Both the position numbers and the translations under genes were made by a program. A DNA stretch of 64,000 bases from Escherichia phage vB_EcoM-ZQ1. The notes below the pieces were generated by a model. The model made no database searches. It was given only the letters and a program-made list of their open reading frames with translations, and had not been told where the DNA came from. Below are positions 27,985 to 37,986 of this stretch, piece after piece. Position 1 is the stretch's first letter. Every line of letters starts with the position of its first letter. The stretch lies in sequence record MW650886.1; one strand, given 5' to 3'.

Positions 27985-28554
27985 ATGTCTCAATCTAAGG
28001 GTATTGCAACAGGTTGGATAATTGGTTTGGCTTTGCTGGGTGTAGTGATTCTCGGCATCGGTACAGTCATCAGCTACTTCAACGACTTCAACCGCACTGA
28101 GCAGCAGGTCAAGAAGTTCAACAAAGACTCCGAGAACTACCTGAGCAACTACACGCTCAAAGTTCAGGAGACGGCGCAGATTCCTGACATGTATAAAGAC
28201 GGCCTGAAGGAAGTGATCAAAGGCACGTTCGAAGGGCGTTATGGCGCTGATGGTTCCAAGGCCGTCATGCAGTGGATCCAGGAGCAGAATATTCAGTTCG
28301 ATTCCAGCCTGTACAAAGAGATCCAGGTGGTGATCAGTTCTGGGCGTGATGAATTCCGCATCAGCCAGACCAAGAAGCTGGATATCTGCACAATATACGA
28401 AACCAAGCTGGCTCAGTTCCCTGGTTCGTTGATTGCTGGCATGTTTGGCTACCCGCGTATCGACCTTGACAAGACCTGCCAGGTGGTGAGTGATACCCGT
28501 ACCCAGGCCGCGTTCGACGCTGGTATTCAGAAACCGATTAACTTCAAAGGCTGA
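27985..28554 (+). CDS. LemA-family membrane protein
   Basis: N-terminal TM helix, then LemA-like sequence ending in the characteristic motif KLAQFPGSLIAGMFGY. Confidence 0.6.
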   Translation: MSQSKGIATGWIIGLALLGVVILGIGTVISYFNDFNRTEQQVKKFNKDSENYLSNYTLKVQETAQIPDMYKDGLKEVIKGTFEGRYGADGSKAVMQWIQEQNIQFDSSLYKEIQVVISSGRDEFRISQTKKLDICTIYETKLAQFPGSLIAGMFGYPRIDLDKTCQVVSDTRTQAAFDAGIQKPINFKG

Positions 28555-28558
28555 TGTC

Positions 28559-28972
28559 ATGAGCGTGAAACTCACTGAATCCCTGACACTGGACCAACAG
28601 CAGGCTCTGTTGGATGAAGTAGTGATCTCTGCTATCAAGCAAGGGATCATCAAAGACGACATGTTGATTGACCGCCCCGAGATGATCCATCATCTGGTGG
28701 TGTGCCTGGGTGAGGCCAGCAACCCTCGCAAGAAGATCGTGCTGTTTACTGATGGTGTGATCCTTCCGAGCGGGAAATGTGCGTTCTTGGATGTGGTTGA
28801 ACATCCGAACACGAAAGGCAAAGAGGTCAAGACTTCTGTTCCGGTGACTCCATACACCGAGGGTGTTGACCAGCTGTCTTGGTTTGAGACAATCAACACC
28901 ATTTATGTGATGACACCGGACGGTAAACCAGTTCGGGATCTACGAGGCGGCAAAGTAGAATCTGAAGACTAA
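28559..28972 (+). CDS. Hypothetical protein
   Basis: 137 aa from the ATG just after the LemA stop; the track ORF starts earlier at 28490 overlapping LemA. Confidence 0.4.
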   Translation: MSVKLTESLTLDQQQALLDEVVISAIKQGIIKDDMLIDRPEMIHHLVVCLGEASNPRKKIVLFTDGVILPSGKCAFLDVVEHPNTKGKEVKTSVPVTPYTEGVDQLSWFETINTIYVMTPDGKPVRDLRGGKVESED

Positions 28973-28988
28973 TCGTTCTTCAATAAAA

Positions 28989-29021
28989 GGGGATAGGGTA
29001 TTATTGCTCTATCCCTTTTTC
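28989..29021 (+). terminator. Intrinsic terminator
   Basis: Hairpin GGGATAGGG...CTCTATCCC followed by TTTTTCG; preceded by TTCAATAAA. Confidence 0.5.
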
Positions 29022-29034
29022 GTGGACAGGAAAC

Positions 29035-29385
29035 ATGACAGACAAGCCAAGAAAGATCGTGATTGTTGGAGCCGGACTGGGTTCTCGGTTGATCAAAGTT
29101 CTACTGGAAGAGAAGCTGCCGGGAGTTGAGGTTGTGCACATCACCCCCGATGATATCCCGAAGCGTCGGAATGAGCCTGGTGAGCGCATGATCATCTGTG
29201 ACGAGTTAGAACAGATGCCGGACACCAAGGCTCTGATTGCCAAACTTAAACAACGAGACACTGAATGTGATATGCGGGAGTTCTATGCCGACCGCCGCTA
29301 TCAAGAACCCACACGCCTGCGTGGAGCCGCTTCTCACAAACGTCAGGCCAAGAAGATGAAGAACAAACGCCGGAGCAAACGCTGA
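29035..29385 (+). CDS. Hypothetical protein with basic C-terminus
   Basis: 116 aa; N-terminus KIVIVGAGLGS is GxGxxG-like; SD GGAAAC is weak. Confidence 0.4.
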   Translation: MTDKPRKIVIVGAGLGSRLIKVLLEEKLPGVEVVHITPDDIPKRRNEPGERMIICDELEQMPDTKALIAKLKQRDTECDMREFYADRRYQEPTRLRGAASHKRQAKKMKNKRRSKR

Positions 29386-29840
29386 TGACTACCAAACCAA
29401 CTTATGAAGAACTGGCGCAGACAGTTCTGACCTTTGACAGCACCCTGAAGAATCTTTACAAGGTGCTGGGAAATAACCCGACTTCAGAGTCAGGAGAAAC
29501 AGTTAATCTTCTGTTACTGATGAACCCTCTGTGGGATATTGATACCACTGTTGCTGCCCTGAAAGATCCTGGGGCAAAGGAGCCGGAGCCAGCCCCTGTA
29601 TCCACTGGGATTCAGAAATACCTGGAGAACTTTGATGAGTACTCCTTCACCGATCTGCTCCTGCGTGATATGATCAACACAGAACGCCGTCGCCAGGGGA
29701 AGAACTGTTCTGTGGTCCAGTCTGATGAAGAAATCGAGCAGAGTGTTCGAGAAGATCTGAACAGCACCTACTCGCCGATCGATCTGGCTGTAATGATTGT
29801 TCAGGCGCTGTCCTACGCCGCCAAAGGAGAAACGAAATGA
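29385..29840 (+). CDS. Hypothetical protein
   Basis: 151 aa; start overlaps the upstream stop (ATGA). Confidence 0.45.
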   Translation: MTTKPTYEELAQTVLTFDSTLKNLYKVLGNNPTSESGETVNLLLLMNPLWDIDTTVAALKDPGAKEPEPAPVSTGIQKYLENFDEYSFTDLLLRDMINTERRRQGKNCSVVQSDEEIEQSVREDLNSTYSPIDLAVMIVQALSYAAKGETK

Positions 29841-30037
29841 AGAAATCATCTGCGGCTGTTGCTGCTATGCTAGCGCTGTCAGAAATGGAAATCGTCGCCG
29901 CGCATCGTGGTGATGATATGTGGGGGCGTCGTTACACTCAGGGTGGCACACCCGGCGAACCGGGACATGGTCGCCCGTCTGTAACCCGCAAGAAGAAGGC
30001 GAAGACTCATGGAAAGAACAAGCGCAAACGTAAGTGA
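29837..30037 (+). CDS. Small highly basic protein
   Basis: 66 aa ending RKKKAKTHGKNKRKRK. Confidence 0.35.
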   Translation: MKKSSAAVAAMLALSEMEIVAAHRGDDMWGRRYTQGGTPGEPGHGRPSVTRKKKAKTHGKNKRKRK

Positions 30038-30178
30038 GGAGTGCCTGCAGAAAGATCCTTCAGGCACTCCAAAGTTGGCTAGACCATGGGTGATGTTTGA
30101 TGACCGACGAGATAATCTTCCTTCGAGCAGAGGTCGCTCGATTAAGTAAAACCGAACCCAAAAAGTAGAGGATATGTT

Positions 30179-30526
30179 ATGAGTTCTATTGAACAGCTGA
30201 TCACCCCACAGTATGTGTACTCCAACATTGTTGAGCACCTGCGCTCACAGTTGAACGTGGGAACCCTGAACAGCACTGACCTGAAAGATCTACAAATCGT
30301 TAAAGTCGAAGTGGCGGCCTTTGGTTCTCGCTATCACTTCAATGTGGAATATACGCGTGTAGAAGAGCAGCAGTCCTCTATCATCGCGCTGGCTACTCCA
30401 GTCAACCCACGCAAAGAGCCTGTGTCGGTCACCCGCACCATCATCGGCTATCTGGAAGAGAAGTTGGAACCTGGTGCCCAGCGCCCAATATTCGACTTCC
30501 AGGCGCGATTTGCCACCGAAGATTGA
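30179..30526 (+). CDS. Hypothetical protein
   Basis: 115 aa; SD GAGGATA. Confidence 0.45.
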   Translation: MSSIEQLITPQYVYSNIVEHLRSQLNVGTLNSTDLKDLQIVKVEVAAFGSRYHFNVEYTRVEEQQSSIIALATPVNPRKEPVSVTRTIIGYLEEKLEPGAQRPIFDFQARFATED

Positions 30527-30631
30527 TCTGAACAAAGCCCTCAGCCGAGGGCTTTTCAATTGAAGACACCCACCGTATTATACCCACTCAACCAATATGT
30601 TCCCCTTTGACATTGATAGGATTTCTATACT

Positions 30632-33388
30632 ATGAAAATGCGCAAGTCCGAGCACTTTATCCGCTCGTCGTCTTCCATTCAGGGGCAGGCGTTCAACGTG
30701 AAGATGAACGATAAGATGTTTGAGACTCTGTTCTCATCATTGTATCGTTACAAAGAGGCTGCAGCCCTGCGCGAAACCGTCTGTAACGCCATCGACTCTC
30801 ATGGCATGCGTGATCGTATGCACCGTATGATAGCATCCCACTACGTGCCTCTCACTCCGCCTCCTGCCCGCCATAGCAAATACCTTGCACCGAAGGGTAA
30901 GCAGGTTGTTGTGCATCTACCTGATGACTTTGAGCCATGGCTGGAAATCCGTGATTACGGTATCGGTCTGCCACTTGAGAAGATCATTGGTGAGCCTATC
31001 CCAGCACAGGAAGATGAGGTGCTGCTGGAAGGCAATATGGTCGTGAAGGAAGACGAGATCCCTGACTCAGCTGAGGTCATCGGTGTGCCTGCGTTCTATA
31101 ATGGTGGTCTAGTGTTCCGTCGCGAAGATGGTGAAATCATTCGTACGCCTGGGTTGTATACCACTCTCTTCCACAGTACGAAGGAAGAAGATGATGATCA
31201 GATTGGGGCATTCGGTCTTGGCTCCAAATCACCATTTGCGGTATCGGATTCGTTCACTGTGGAAAGCCGCATGGACGGTAAACTCCATCGCTTCCTGATG
31301 TACCTGAATGCCAAGCGCATCCCGACTGTTGATCTGATCACCAAAGATCTTGAAACCCGTGATCCTAAGCCGGAAGACACCGATGAGTTCAACGGCATGA
31401 CGGTGAAGATCCCGGTGAAGAACGCTCGCTTCTCCGCATTCTCTGATGAGCTGGTTCGCCTTGGTCGTGTTATGCGCCCTGAACAACGTCCAATTGTTGA
31501 GAACGCTTCATACCGCTTCAGCTGGGAAGATATCAGTTATGATTTTAAGGTCAACAACACGTACATCCAGCCGAAAGGCCAGGGGAACACCCATTATGCT
31601 GTAATGGGTGGCGTGTCGTACCCGATTGACCTGAATCAGCTCGACCCAGACACTTCCTCTATCATGAGTAAGTTTCCATCGTCCTACACGTTCTTCGAAC
31701 TTGGCTCGCTGAACGTACCACCGTCGCGTGAAGACCTTTCATATGACGAATTCACGCGTGAGACGCTCTCTGAGGAGTTTAAAGAGACCGCCAATGCAAT
31801 CTTGAAAGAAAAGATGCGTGACCTGGAGCTGGCGTGTAAGCGCGGTCCTCTTGCCCTGTATATGGAGAAGGTAAAACTGAGTGAAATGTTCGGCAGTGGG
31901 TTCCGCAAGATGGTTGAAAAGGAATACCCGGCAGACAAGCGCTTTCATGATTCATATTACCGTTACCCGCTGCCTGTTGAGATTGATCGCGATTATGACC
32001 ATACCGCGCCGTTCAATGAATTGTCATCGCCGTTCTCTATGGAGATCTTCTATGACTGGGGTGAGTCCAGTAATTTGACCATTTCAGAAATCCAGAAGTG
32101 GATTGATCGCGGCCAGCATGTTACTGTGGTGATCGAAGATAGTGTTCGTGCTCGTAACCTGAAGATCAAGCAGCTGAAAGATACAGGGACGATAGTCATC
32201 GTGGCCAAGCCGAACACATCCTATGTCACCAAGCGCAACCAATCTAAGGACAACCCTGCGTTCAAGAATTCTCAGGCTCTCTATGATTTCTTTGAAACTT
32301 GGATTGGTAAAGAAGAAACGACGGTTGATTATCTGTGCTTCGCTGACAAGTTCGTCGATTGGCTGAGTGCGGTGCTGGAGCCTGCCGAAGTCAAGTTCAT
32401 GAACGAACTGACGTATGTCACACCCCCGGTCACCAAAGACCCTGGCCTATTTCCGTTCACGCGCAGCAACTTCGACATATACCAGTCTGAAGAACTGACG
32501 GGCGACCAGATCTCAGATATCATCAACAAGGGCGAGCGCATCGTCTATATTGAGGTGTCTGGTTATGAGTGTATCCATCAGGTGATGGGCAGAACGTTGA
32601 CCGCAGCTGCGGCGCGAGGCATCCGCGAGTCTCTCTACAAACATGCCGTTCACGCGGATGAAGATGGCAAGCCGGTGTATATCAGCGATATGTTGAACGT
32701 TCACAACCGAATCTTCTTGGCTCGCCGTAAATCCGTGCCAATGATGAAGAAGTTCCCAGAGGTCTTCATACCGATTGATGAGATTCTGAAGATTATGTTG
32801 GAGAATGCCAGGCCGATGCTGGAACGCCACAACGCGATACGGTTGCTGAAATCTCATCAGAGGCTTCACCTTGGTTCTAATCGCCTGAAATACGGGTGTC
32901 ATCTGGTAAAACAGGCGTTCGGTGAAGGGGAAGACGGGCGTTATAATCAGCTGGTTAATCGGTATAACCAAATGCTGGATTATGTTGACGATATCTTGGA
33001 CGAACAAACTATCCGCCATTATCAGGCGATGTCGAAGCGTAATGTTTCTCTTCATGAGGTTCGCCGCTTCAAACATTTCCAGGATACGATCAGCACTCTG
33101 AATCTGAATCTGTATACCAATGAGCGGGATGAAAGGGTGTTCCGCGCAGAACAACGCATGTTGCAAATCTTCAGTCACGCATCGGAAGTTCTGAGGATTC
33201 ATGGATTCGTGCCGTTTGATTTACTGAAGACGCCAACACGGAACGCGAAAAAGGCGAACCGCATGACCGTAGAACGTCATCGTGTTGTCCGGTTCTTGAA
33301 AGAGAATTACAAACCAAGCGCCCTGAACCCGATTGAAAATTCTTCGGATTACTTGGACGTTATTTCAAATTCCATCATCAGGGCATAA
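30632..33388 (+). CDS. rIIA: rIIA protein (GHKL-type ATPase domain)
   Basis: N-terminal motifs SLYRYKEAAALRETVCNAIDSH and IGAFGLGSKSPFAVSDSFTV match the rIIA / GHKL ATPase signature. Confidence 0.75.
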   Translation: MKMRKSEHFIRSSSSIQGQAFNVKMNDKMFETLFSSLYRYKEAAALRETVCNAIDSHGMRDRMHRMIASHYVPLTPPPARHSKYLAPKGKQVVVHLPDDFEPWLEIRDYGIGLPLEKIIGEPIPAQEDEVLLEGNMVVKEDEIPDSAEVIGVPAFYNGGLVFRREDGEIIRTPGLYTTLFHSTKEEDDDQIGAFGLGSKSPFAVSDSFTVESRMDGKLHRFLMYLNAKRIPTVDLITKDLETRDPKPEDTDEFNGMTVKIPVKNARFSAFSDELVRLGRVMRPEQRPIVENASYRFSWEDISYDFKVNNTYIQPKGQGNTHYAVMGGVSYPIDLNQLDPDTSSIMSKFPSSYTFFELGSLNVPPSREDLSYDEFTRETLSEEFKETANAILKEKMRDLELACKRGPLALYMEKVKLSEMFGSGFRKMVEKEYPADKRFHDSYYRYPLPVEIDRDYDHTAPFNELSSPFSMEIFYDWGESSNLTISEIQKWIDRGQHVTVVIEDSVRARNLKIKQLKDTGTIVIVAKPNTSYVTKRNQSKDNPAFKNSQALYDFFETWIGKEETTVDYLCFADKFVDWLSAVLEPAEVKFMNELTYVTPPVTKDPGLFPFTRSNFDIYQSEELTGDQISDIINKGERIVYIEVSGYECIHQVMGRTLTAAAARGIRESLYKHAVHADEDGKPVYISDMLNVHNRIFLARRKSVPMMKKFPEVFIPIDEILKIMLENARPMLERHNAIRLLKSHQRLHLGSNRLKYGCHLVKQAFGEGEDGRYNQLVNRYNQMLDYVDDILDEQTIRHYQAMSKRNVSLHEVRRFKHFQDTISTLNLNLYTNERDERVFRAEQRMLQIFSHASEVLRIHGFVPFDLLKTPTRNAKKANRMTVERHRVVRFLKENYKPSALNPIENSSDYLDVISNSIIRA

Positions 33389-33419
33389 TAGTCCTGTTAA
33401 CCAACGTGGGAACTACAAG

Positions 33420-34985
33420 ATGAACAAGATTGACGAAAAGATCCTGAAGCATTTGAAGGAAGGCAAAAGCCAGAGCGCAATTGCTACTCTGTTGGGCATA
33501 CCCCGCTCGACTGTACAACGTGTTTCCGACAAGGAAATCGGTGTTGACCCTACTTCGCTGAAATCTCTGACAACAGATCAGATCGCCAATATCCAAAGGG
33601 ATTCGGCGGCAGGTAATGTCAGCAATGCATTCTTGGCCAAGGTGTACGGTGTGTCCGCCAAGACCATTGCTCGCGCTCTGTTGGTCCGCATTACCGAGGA
33701 GGAAAACAAGGTAACTGTGATCTCTCCTATCAAGCCGGAAGAGCAGGAAGTATTCGAGGTCCAACCGGGCGGCACGGCCAAAGACAAAGATGGCACAGAA
33801 TGGTATGTTGGGGCATATCTGCCGAACCACAACAAGTATCTGTGTCTCACTAACGACGACAATTTCAAAGGGGCTTTCTTTGAAAAGTCTGAATTGACTC
33901 CTGTGGAAGGTGATAGTCGTGCTTTCGATGTTGAAGATATCGGCAAGATGGCAGAAATTTCTGTGGCGCTGTCAGAAGGTGCGGACAAAGTCCCGGGCAA
34001 CGTTGAAATCAGCGTTGTGGTTGACGGGGAAACCTATCCTATCCGTGGATCCTTGGATGCCCGTCGCCGTGTTGGTTACTTTGATGGCATCCTCGGTCGC
34101 ACCCTGCGCCTGGCTCTGTCTTCTGTAGAATTCGCCGTCGCTGTCAAAGACGTTGAAGAAGTGGCTGATGATAAGAAGACCAAGCAGGACTTCGGCGCGA
34201 AAGACCTGGACGTGTTCCTGAACGAACACCAGATCCTGATTCTTCCTGACAGCGTTGTTATCGCGATTGACGGCAAGCCGGAAACGATCACCACTTCACA
34301 CCCGGCCTATGACCGCATCGTACAGGCGATCAAAGACAAAGACGTGAAACTGGCATACTCGCTGATGCGCCCCCGTGAAGCCATCGCGAAGTACGCTGCT
34401 GGTCTAGTAGACGTGTCTGACAACCGTGTCCGCTGGTCCGGTCATGACATCACAGGCACATCCATCGCCAAGCGTGTACTGGCGCTGATGCTGAAGGGTG
34501 ACTTCCACAACCTGGACCGCATGGCGAAGTTTATGGACAAAATGTTCCAGAACCCGTCAGCTTCTCTGGTTCAGTCTGGGCGCATCTATGAGTTCATGGC
34601 GTACTCTGACATCGAAATTGACGACGACGGTGACATCATCCTCTACAAATCGGTGCGCGGCAACTACATGGACAAGCACAGCAACACGATCAGCAACGCC
34701 CCAGGCACTATCGTGCGGATGGCTCGCTCATTCGTGAACGACAACAACTCTGAACTGTGTTCATACGGTTTGCACGTTTGCTCCCTGGCCTATCTGAAAC
34801 AGTGCTTCGGTTCTGTTGGCCAGCGTGTCGTTCGCTGTAAGCTGAACCCGCGTGACATCGTGTCGGTCACCGATGATTTTGGTTCAAGCAAAATCCGCTG
34901 CTGTGAATACCTGGTGTTGGATGACTACACCGCTGAGTACAACCGCCAGCACAAGTCTATTGACGTGACAGGTCTGTACAAGTAA
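33420..34985 (+). CDS. rIIB: rIIB protein
   Basis: C-terminal region YKSVRGNYMDKHSNTISNAPG...CSYGLHVCSLAYLKQCFGSVGQRVVRCKLNPRDIVSV closely matches the conserved rIIB C-terminus; N-terminal HTH-like segment. Confidence 0.75.
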   Translation: MNKIDEKILKHLKEGKSQSAIATLLGIPRSTVQRVSDKEIGVDPTSLKSLTTDQIANIQRDSAAGNVSNAFLAKVYGVSAKTIARALLVRITEEENKVTVISPIKPEEQEVFEVQPGGTAKDKDGTEWYVGAYLPNHNKYLCLTNDDNFKGAFFEKSELTPVEGDSRAFDVEDIGKMAEISVALSEGADKVPGNVEISVVVDGETYPIRGSLDARRRVGYFDGILGRTLRLALSSVEFAVAVKDVEEVADDKKTKQDFGAKDLDVFLNEHQILILPDSVVIAIDGKPETITTSHPAYDRIVQAIKDKDVKLAYSLMRPREAIAKYAAGLVDVSDNRVRWSGHDITGTSIAKRVLALMLKGDFHNLDRMAKFMDKMFQNPSASLVQSGRIYEFMAYSDIEIDDDGDIILYKSVRGNYMDKHSNTISNAPGTIVRMARSFVNDNNSELCSYGLHVCSLAYLKQCFGSVGQRVVRCKLNPRDIVSVTDDFGSSKIRCCEYLVLDDYTAEYNRQHKSIDVTGLYK

Positions 34986-35209
34986 CCAAACCCCATCCAC
35001 CAAGGAGGCTTCGGCCTCCTTTCAGTTCGAAGGCGAGACCAGGGAATACTCCCACAAGAACTTTCCTCCCCGTGATGTTCATGACCAACAGTTCGTGAAA
35101 TTGTTCTGTCGCTGTGGTGGTTGCGACTTCACAGACGAAGGATACGCGATGCACGTATACTGCTGCAATTGCTGTGGTAAATACGTAACAGTCTATAGGA
35201 GAACCAAAC

Positions 35210-35635
35210 ATGGCGAAGAAACCTGAAGTCAAGAAAGTTGAAATTAAAACCGAAGCCCCAGTCGATGACATCCAGGCGAAGGAGGAAGGTGTGTTGCCTA
35301 CCTACCTACAACGCGCCATCGATAACATCCCTCCAGGGGGAGACGGAGGCGTCGTCTACGCTGGCGGGTACGGTTGGGTGTGCGAATACCAAGACGGCAC
35401 GAAGGAACTCCTCCAGGAGCTTCCAGGGCTGGCTGCGACCCTCAAGCGTTATGGTCGCGACAAGTTCGGCAAGCCGTTTGAAACCGGGGCTGTGATTGAA
35501 ACCAACATCACAGTCGAGACTCTGAACCTGCTGGGTGAAGATGATCTCAAGTTGTTGGCTGCGCCGCTGGGTATCACAGAAGAAGATCGCATTCAGCTGA
35601 TTGCGAAGCTGATCGAAAAATTGCAGATTAAATAA
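35210..35635 (+). CDS. Hypothetical protein
   Basis: 141 aa; SD AGGAGAA. Confidence 0.45.
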   Translation: MAKKPEVKKVEIKTEAPVDDIQAKEEGVLPTYLQRAIDNIPPGGDGGVVYAGGYGWVCEYQDGTKELLQELPGLAATLKRYGRDKFGKPFETGAVIETNITVETLNLLGEDDLKLLAAPLGITEEDRIQLIAKLIEKLQIK

Positions 35636-35665
35636 GCCGGTGTACAACAGCTGAACTTATTCAAT

Positions 35666-36058
35666 ATGCCTATCGTTGACGAAAGCAACTTGATGGATTA
35701 TGCACTGAGGCATTATATTGTAGATTCTGTCTCGTGGGATGAACTGCTGGTAGACATTCAGCGGATTTCGCTAATTAATCAATCATTGAAGAGATTTGTC
35801 CCTGGTAAGAGTCCTCGGTTGATTCTCAATCAATTGATTACTGTCTTCAATACGTTCGAAACAGAGGCTGCTTGTCGCATGCTCGTTTTGAAGGTGGATA
35901 AGCCCCAGTTGCCACGCCTCAAGGCTGCTTTGTTGACATTAGGCGTATGGCGCGATGATTTATGTTCCGGTTCATACGAACCAGATAATGAGCTGATGAT
36001 GGCTCTGAACAACGATTTGGATGAGTGGAGGAAACCATGCCAACGATCACTGTATTAG
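35666..36058 (+). CDS. Hypothetical protein
   Basis: 130-aa ORF. Confidence 0.4.
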   Translation: MPIVDESNLMDYALRHYIVDSVSWDELLVDIQRISLINQSLKRFVPGKSPRLILNQLITVFNTFETEAACRMLVLKVDKPQLPRLKAALLTLGVWRDDLCSGSYEPDNELMMALNNDLDEWRKPCQRSLY

Positions 36059-36846
36059 TAGCACCGGAAGTTGTTCGCAACAAACCGGAAACTGAGCGTC
36101 TTCACACTGTAACAGGTACTGCTCGGGGTTGGGAAAAGACCAGTCTTAACCAAGACCCAGACGAGATCCTGACTGAGTGTAAAGGTCTGGATGCACTGCT
36201 GACCAAGAGCAATTTGCAGGCCGATGGCGTCACCAAAGTGGATCCAACCAAGCCCGTTGGCTTCCAGCTGTCTTATGAAATCCACGACCCAAGCGCTGTG
36301 CTGACCACTGGCCTGACCATCACCCCTGAAACTGCTAATGGTGAAGTCGGTCAGGTTGTTGAACTGAAGGCGGTCGTCGCTCCGGAGAACGCGACCTACC
36401 AGGGTGTCAACTGGTACTCTGGCGATCTGACCAAAGCTGTGCATATCGGTGGTGGTAAATTCAAGCTGCTGGCGCCGGGTTCAGTGACTGTTTACGGTGT
36501 AACCATCGAAGGTGACCACACTGACTCTACCGTCATCACAGTGGCTGGCGCTCTGTCTCTGTCTACCGATCTGGCTGCTTCTCAGGATGTAACAACAGGT
36601 GAATCCGCAACCTTCACCATCGCTGCTACAGGCGGCACTACCCCATACACACATACTTGGTACTTCTCTGATGTCCCTGGTGGTGAAGGTGAGGTGATCG
36701 ATGCTGGCACTAACCCCACTGCTGCAACTGCGAGCCTGGTTATCACCACAGTTGCTGCCGAAAACGAGGGTGAGTACTGGTGTGTTGTTGAAGACGCTGA
36801 CGGCCACTCTGTGACCTCTACTCGTTGCGAAATGGCTGCGGTCTAA
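36037..36846 (+). CDS. Ig-like domain protein (Big_2 / I-set-like; possible virion decoration protein)
   Basis: Big_2-like segment (ITPETANGEVGQVVELKAVVAPENATYQGVNWYS) and Ig-like segment ending GEYWCVVEDADG; start at ATG with SD GGAGGA. Confidence 0.5.
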   Translation: MPTITVLVAPEVVRNKPETERLHTVTGTARGWEKTSLNQDPDEILTECKGLDALLTKSNLQADGVTKVDPTKPVGFQLSYEIHDPSAVLTTGLTITPETANGEVGQVVELKAVVAPENATYQGVNWYSGDLTKAVHIGGGKFKLLAPGSVTVYGVTIEGDHTDSTVITVAGALSLSTDLAASQDVTTGESATFTIAATGGTTPYTHTWYFSDVPGGEGEVIDAGTNPTAATASLVITTVAAENEGEYWCVVEDADGHSVTSTRCEMAAV

Positions 36847-36848
36847 TC

Positions 36849-37082
36849 ATGAAAGGCTTCCAGGACTTCCTTGAAGACTCGGCAGCCCCCGGAACCACGA
36901 CCGCCGATGTGGGGAAACCCGAAGGCGGTATGGTGAAAGAGCCTGTCAAGAAGCCCAAGGATCTTGAGGAAGAACAAGAGCAGACCTCCTTCCAAAAGAT
37001 CTTTGGAAACATCTTCAAAGACCTCGACCTGAAGAATGCGCGAAAGTGGAACTTCAGGACAGGCAAATATGAAGAGGAATGA
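36849..37082 (+). CDS. Hypothetical small protein
   Basis: 77 aa from ATG 36849. Confidence 0.35.
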   Translation: MKGFQDFLEDSAAPGTTTADVGKPEGGMVKEPVKKPKDLEEEQEQTSFQKIFGNIFKDLDLKNARKWNFRTGKYEEE

Positions 37083-37111
37083 GCCATGAACGCGATGATC
37101 ATGGGTTAACA

Positions 37112-37136
37112 AAAGAGGCTCCGGCCTCTTTTTCAT
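37112..37136 (+). terminator. Intrinsic terminator
   Basis: Hairpin AGAGGC-TCCG-GCCTCT followed by TTTTTCATTT. Confidence 0.6.
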
Positions 37137-37200
37137 TTCCAGCATTTAGTGTATAATGGACCCGTTCCCCATGAGCGGAACCTAACTGAGGATACACCAA

Positions 37201-37701
37201 ATGAAATCCATGGTCAAACGTAAAGTTGAAATCTCCCTGACTGCCCATATTGAAATGGTCCAACAACTTATCCTGGATGCGTATGAAATCCAGAAAGATC
37301 GCCAATCGAGGGGAGGTGTGACGGACCCCACCTGTCCTGGAAACATACTGTACTATCGCATGCTGCGCCAGACTGGGCACACCGCCGCGCTGAAGAAGAT
37401 TCTGTCCTATGATTTCCAGACAGAGAACAACCTCAACATCATGGGCGTCTTCCATAGCGTTAGTGAACGCGATTCTTTCTTCCGCTCCCGAGCAGGCGCG
37501 GATGTATCATTGCCCGATGTAGACAAGAAACAGCACACGACAACCATCTCCCATTACATGGGCACGGATATCGATAAAGCAAACATCATCGTGTTCTCTG
37601 ATACGTTGCATGACCCCAAGCGCCTTGCATCTGCGCATGAAATGCTGCGGGAAGGTCGCAGCACCCTCACTAATTTGACTTTAGTAGTGTTTCTGGGCTA
37701 G
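37201..37701 (+). CDS. Hypothetical protein
   Basis: 166-aa ORF. Confidence 0.45.
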   Translation: MKSMVKRKVEISLTAHIEMVQQLILDAYEIQKDRQSRGGVTDPTCPGNILYYRMLRQTGHTAALKKILSYDFQTENNLNIMGVFHSVSERDSFFRSRAGADVSLPDVDKKQHTTTISHYMGTDIDKANIIVFSDTLHDPKRLASAHEMLREGRSTLTNLTLVVFLG

Positions 37702-37746
37702 ATAGTTACAGGGGAGGAAACTCCCCGCTTCAACCAGGAGGCGCAT

Positions 37747-37944
37747 ATGTTCAGGTTCAAGATCTACAAAGAACGAAACTCGTTCAAATTCGGTGTCGTC
37801 GCTGGGGTGTGTTTCTTCCTGACGATCGAAAACGTGATCGGGCTGCTCACAATACCACAAATGCAGATAACCCGATTTGTCCTTGCTATCGTATTCGCCG
37901 CTATCGGCTTGGCCTGTAGTTATATGGGCTGCATGAAGAAGTAA
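37747..37944 (+). CDS. Small membrane protein
   Basis: 65 aa with two hydrophobic helices; SD AGGAGG. Confidence 0.45.
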   Translation: MFRFKIYKERNSFKFGVVAGVCFFLTIENVIGLLTIPQMQITRFVLAIVFAAIGLACSYMGCMKK

Positions 37945-37986
37945 TTTCACTACACACAGCAATACTTTGATTTGAGAAACTACATC

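Noticed and set aside
33333-33419. Upstream extension of rIIB to the track start at 33333
   Set aside because: Extension overlaps the end of rIIA; conserved rIIB sequence starts at the ATG at 33420.
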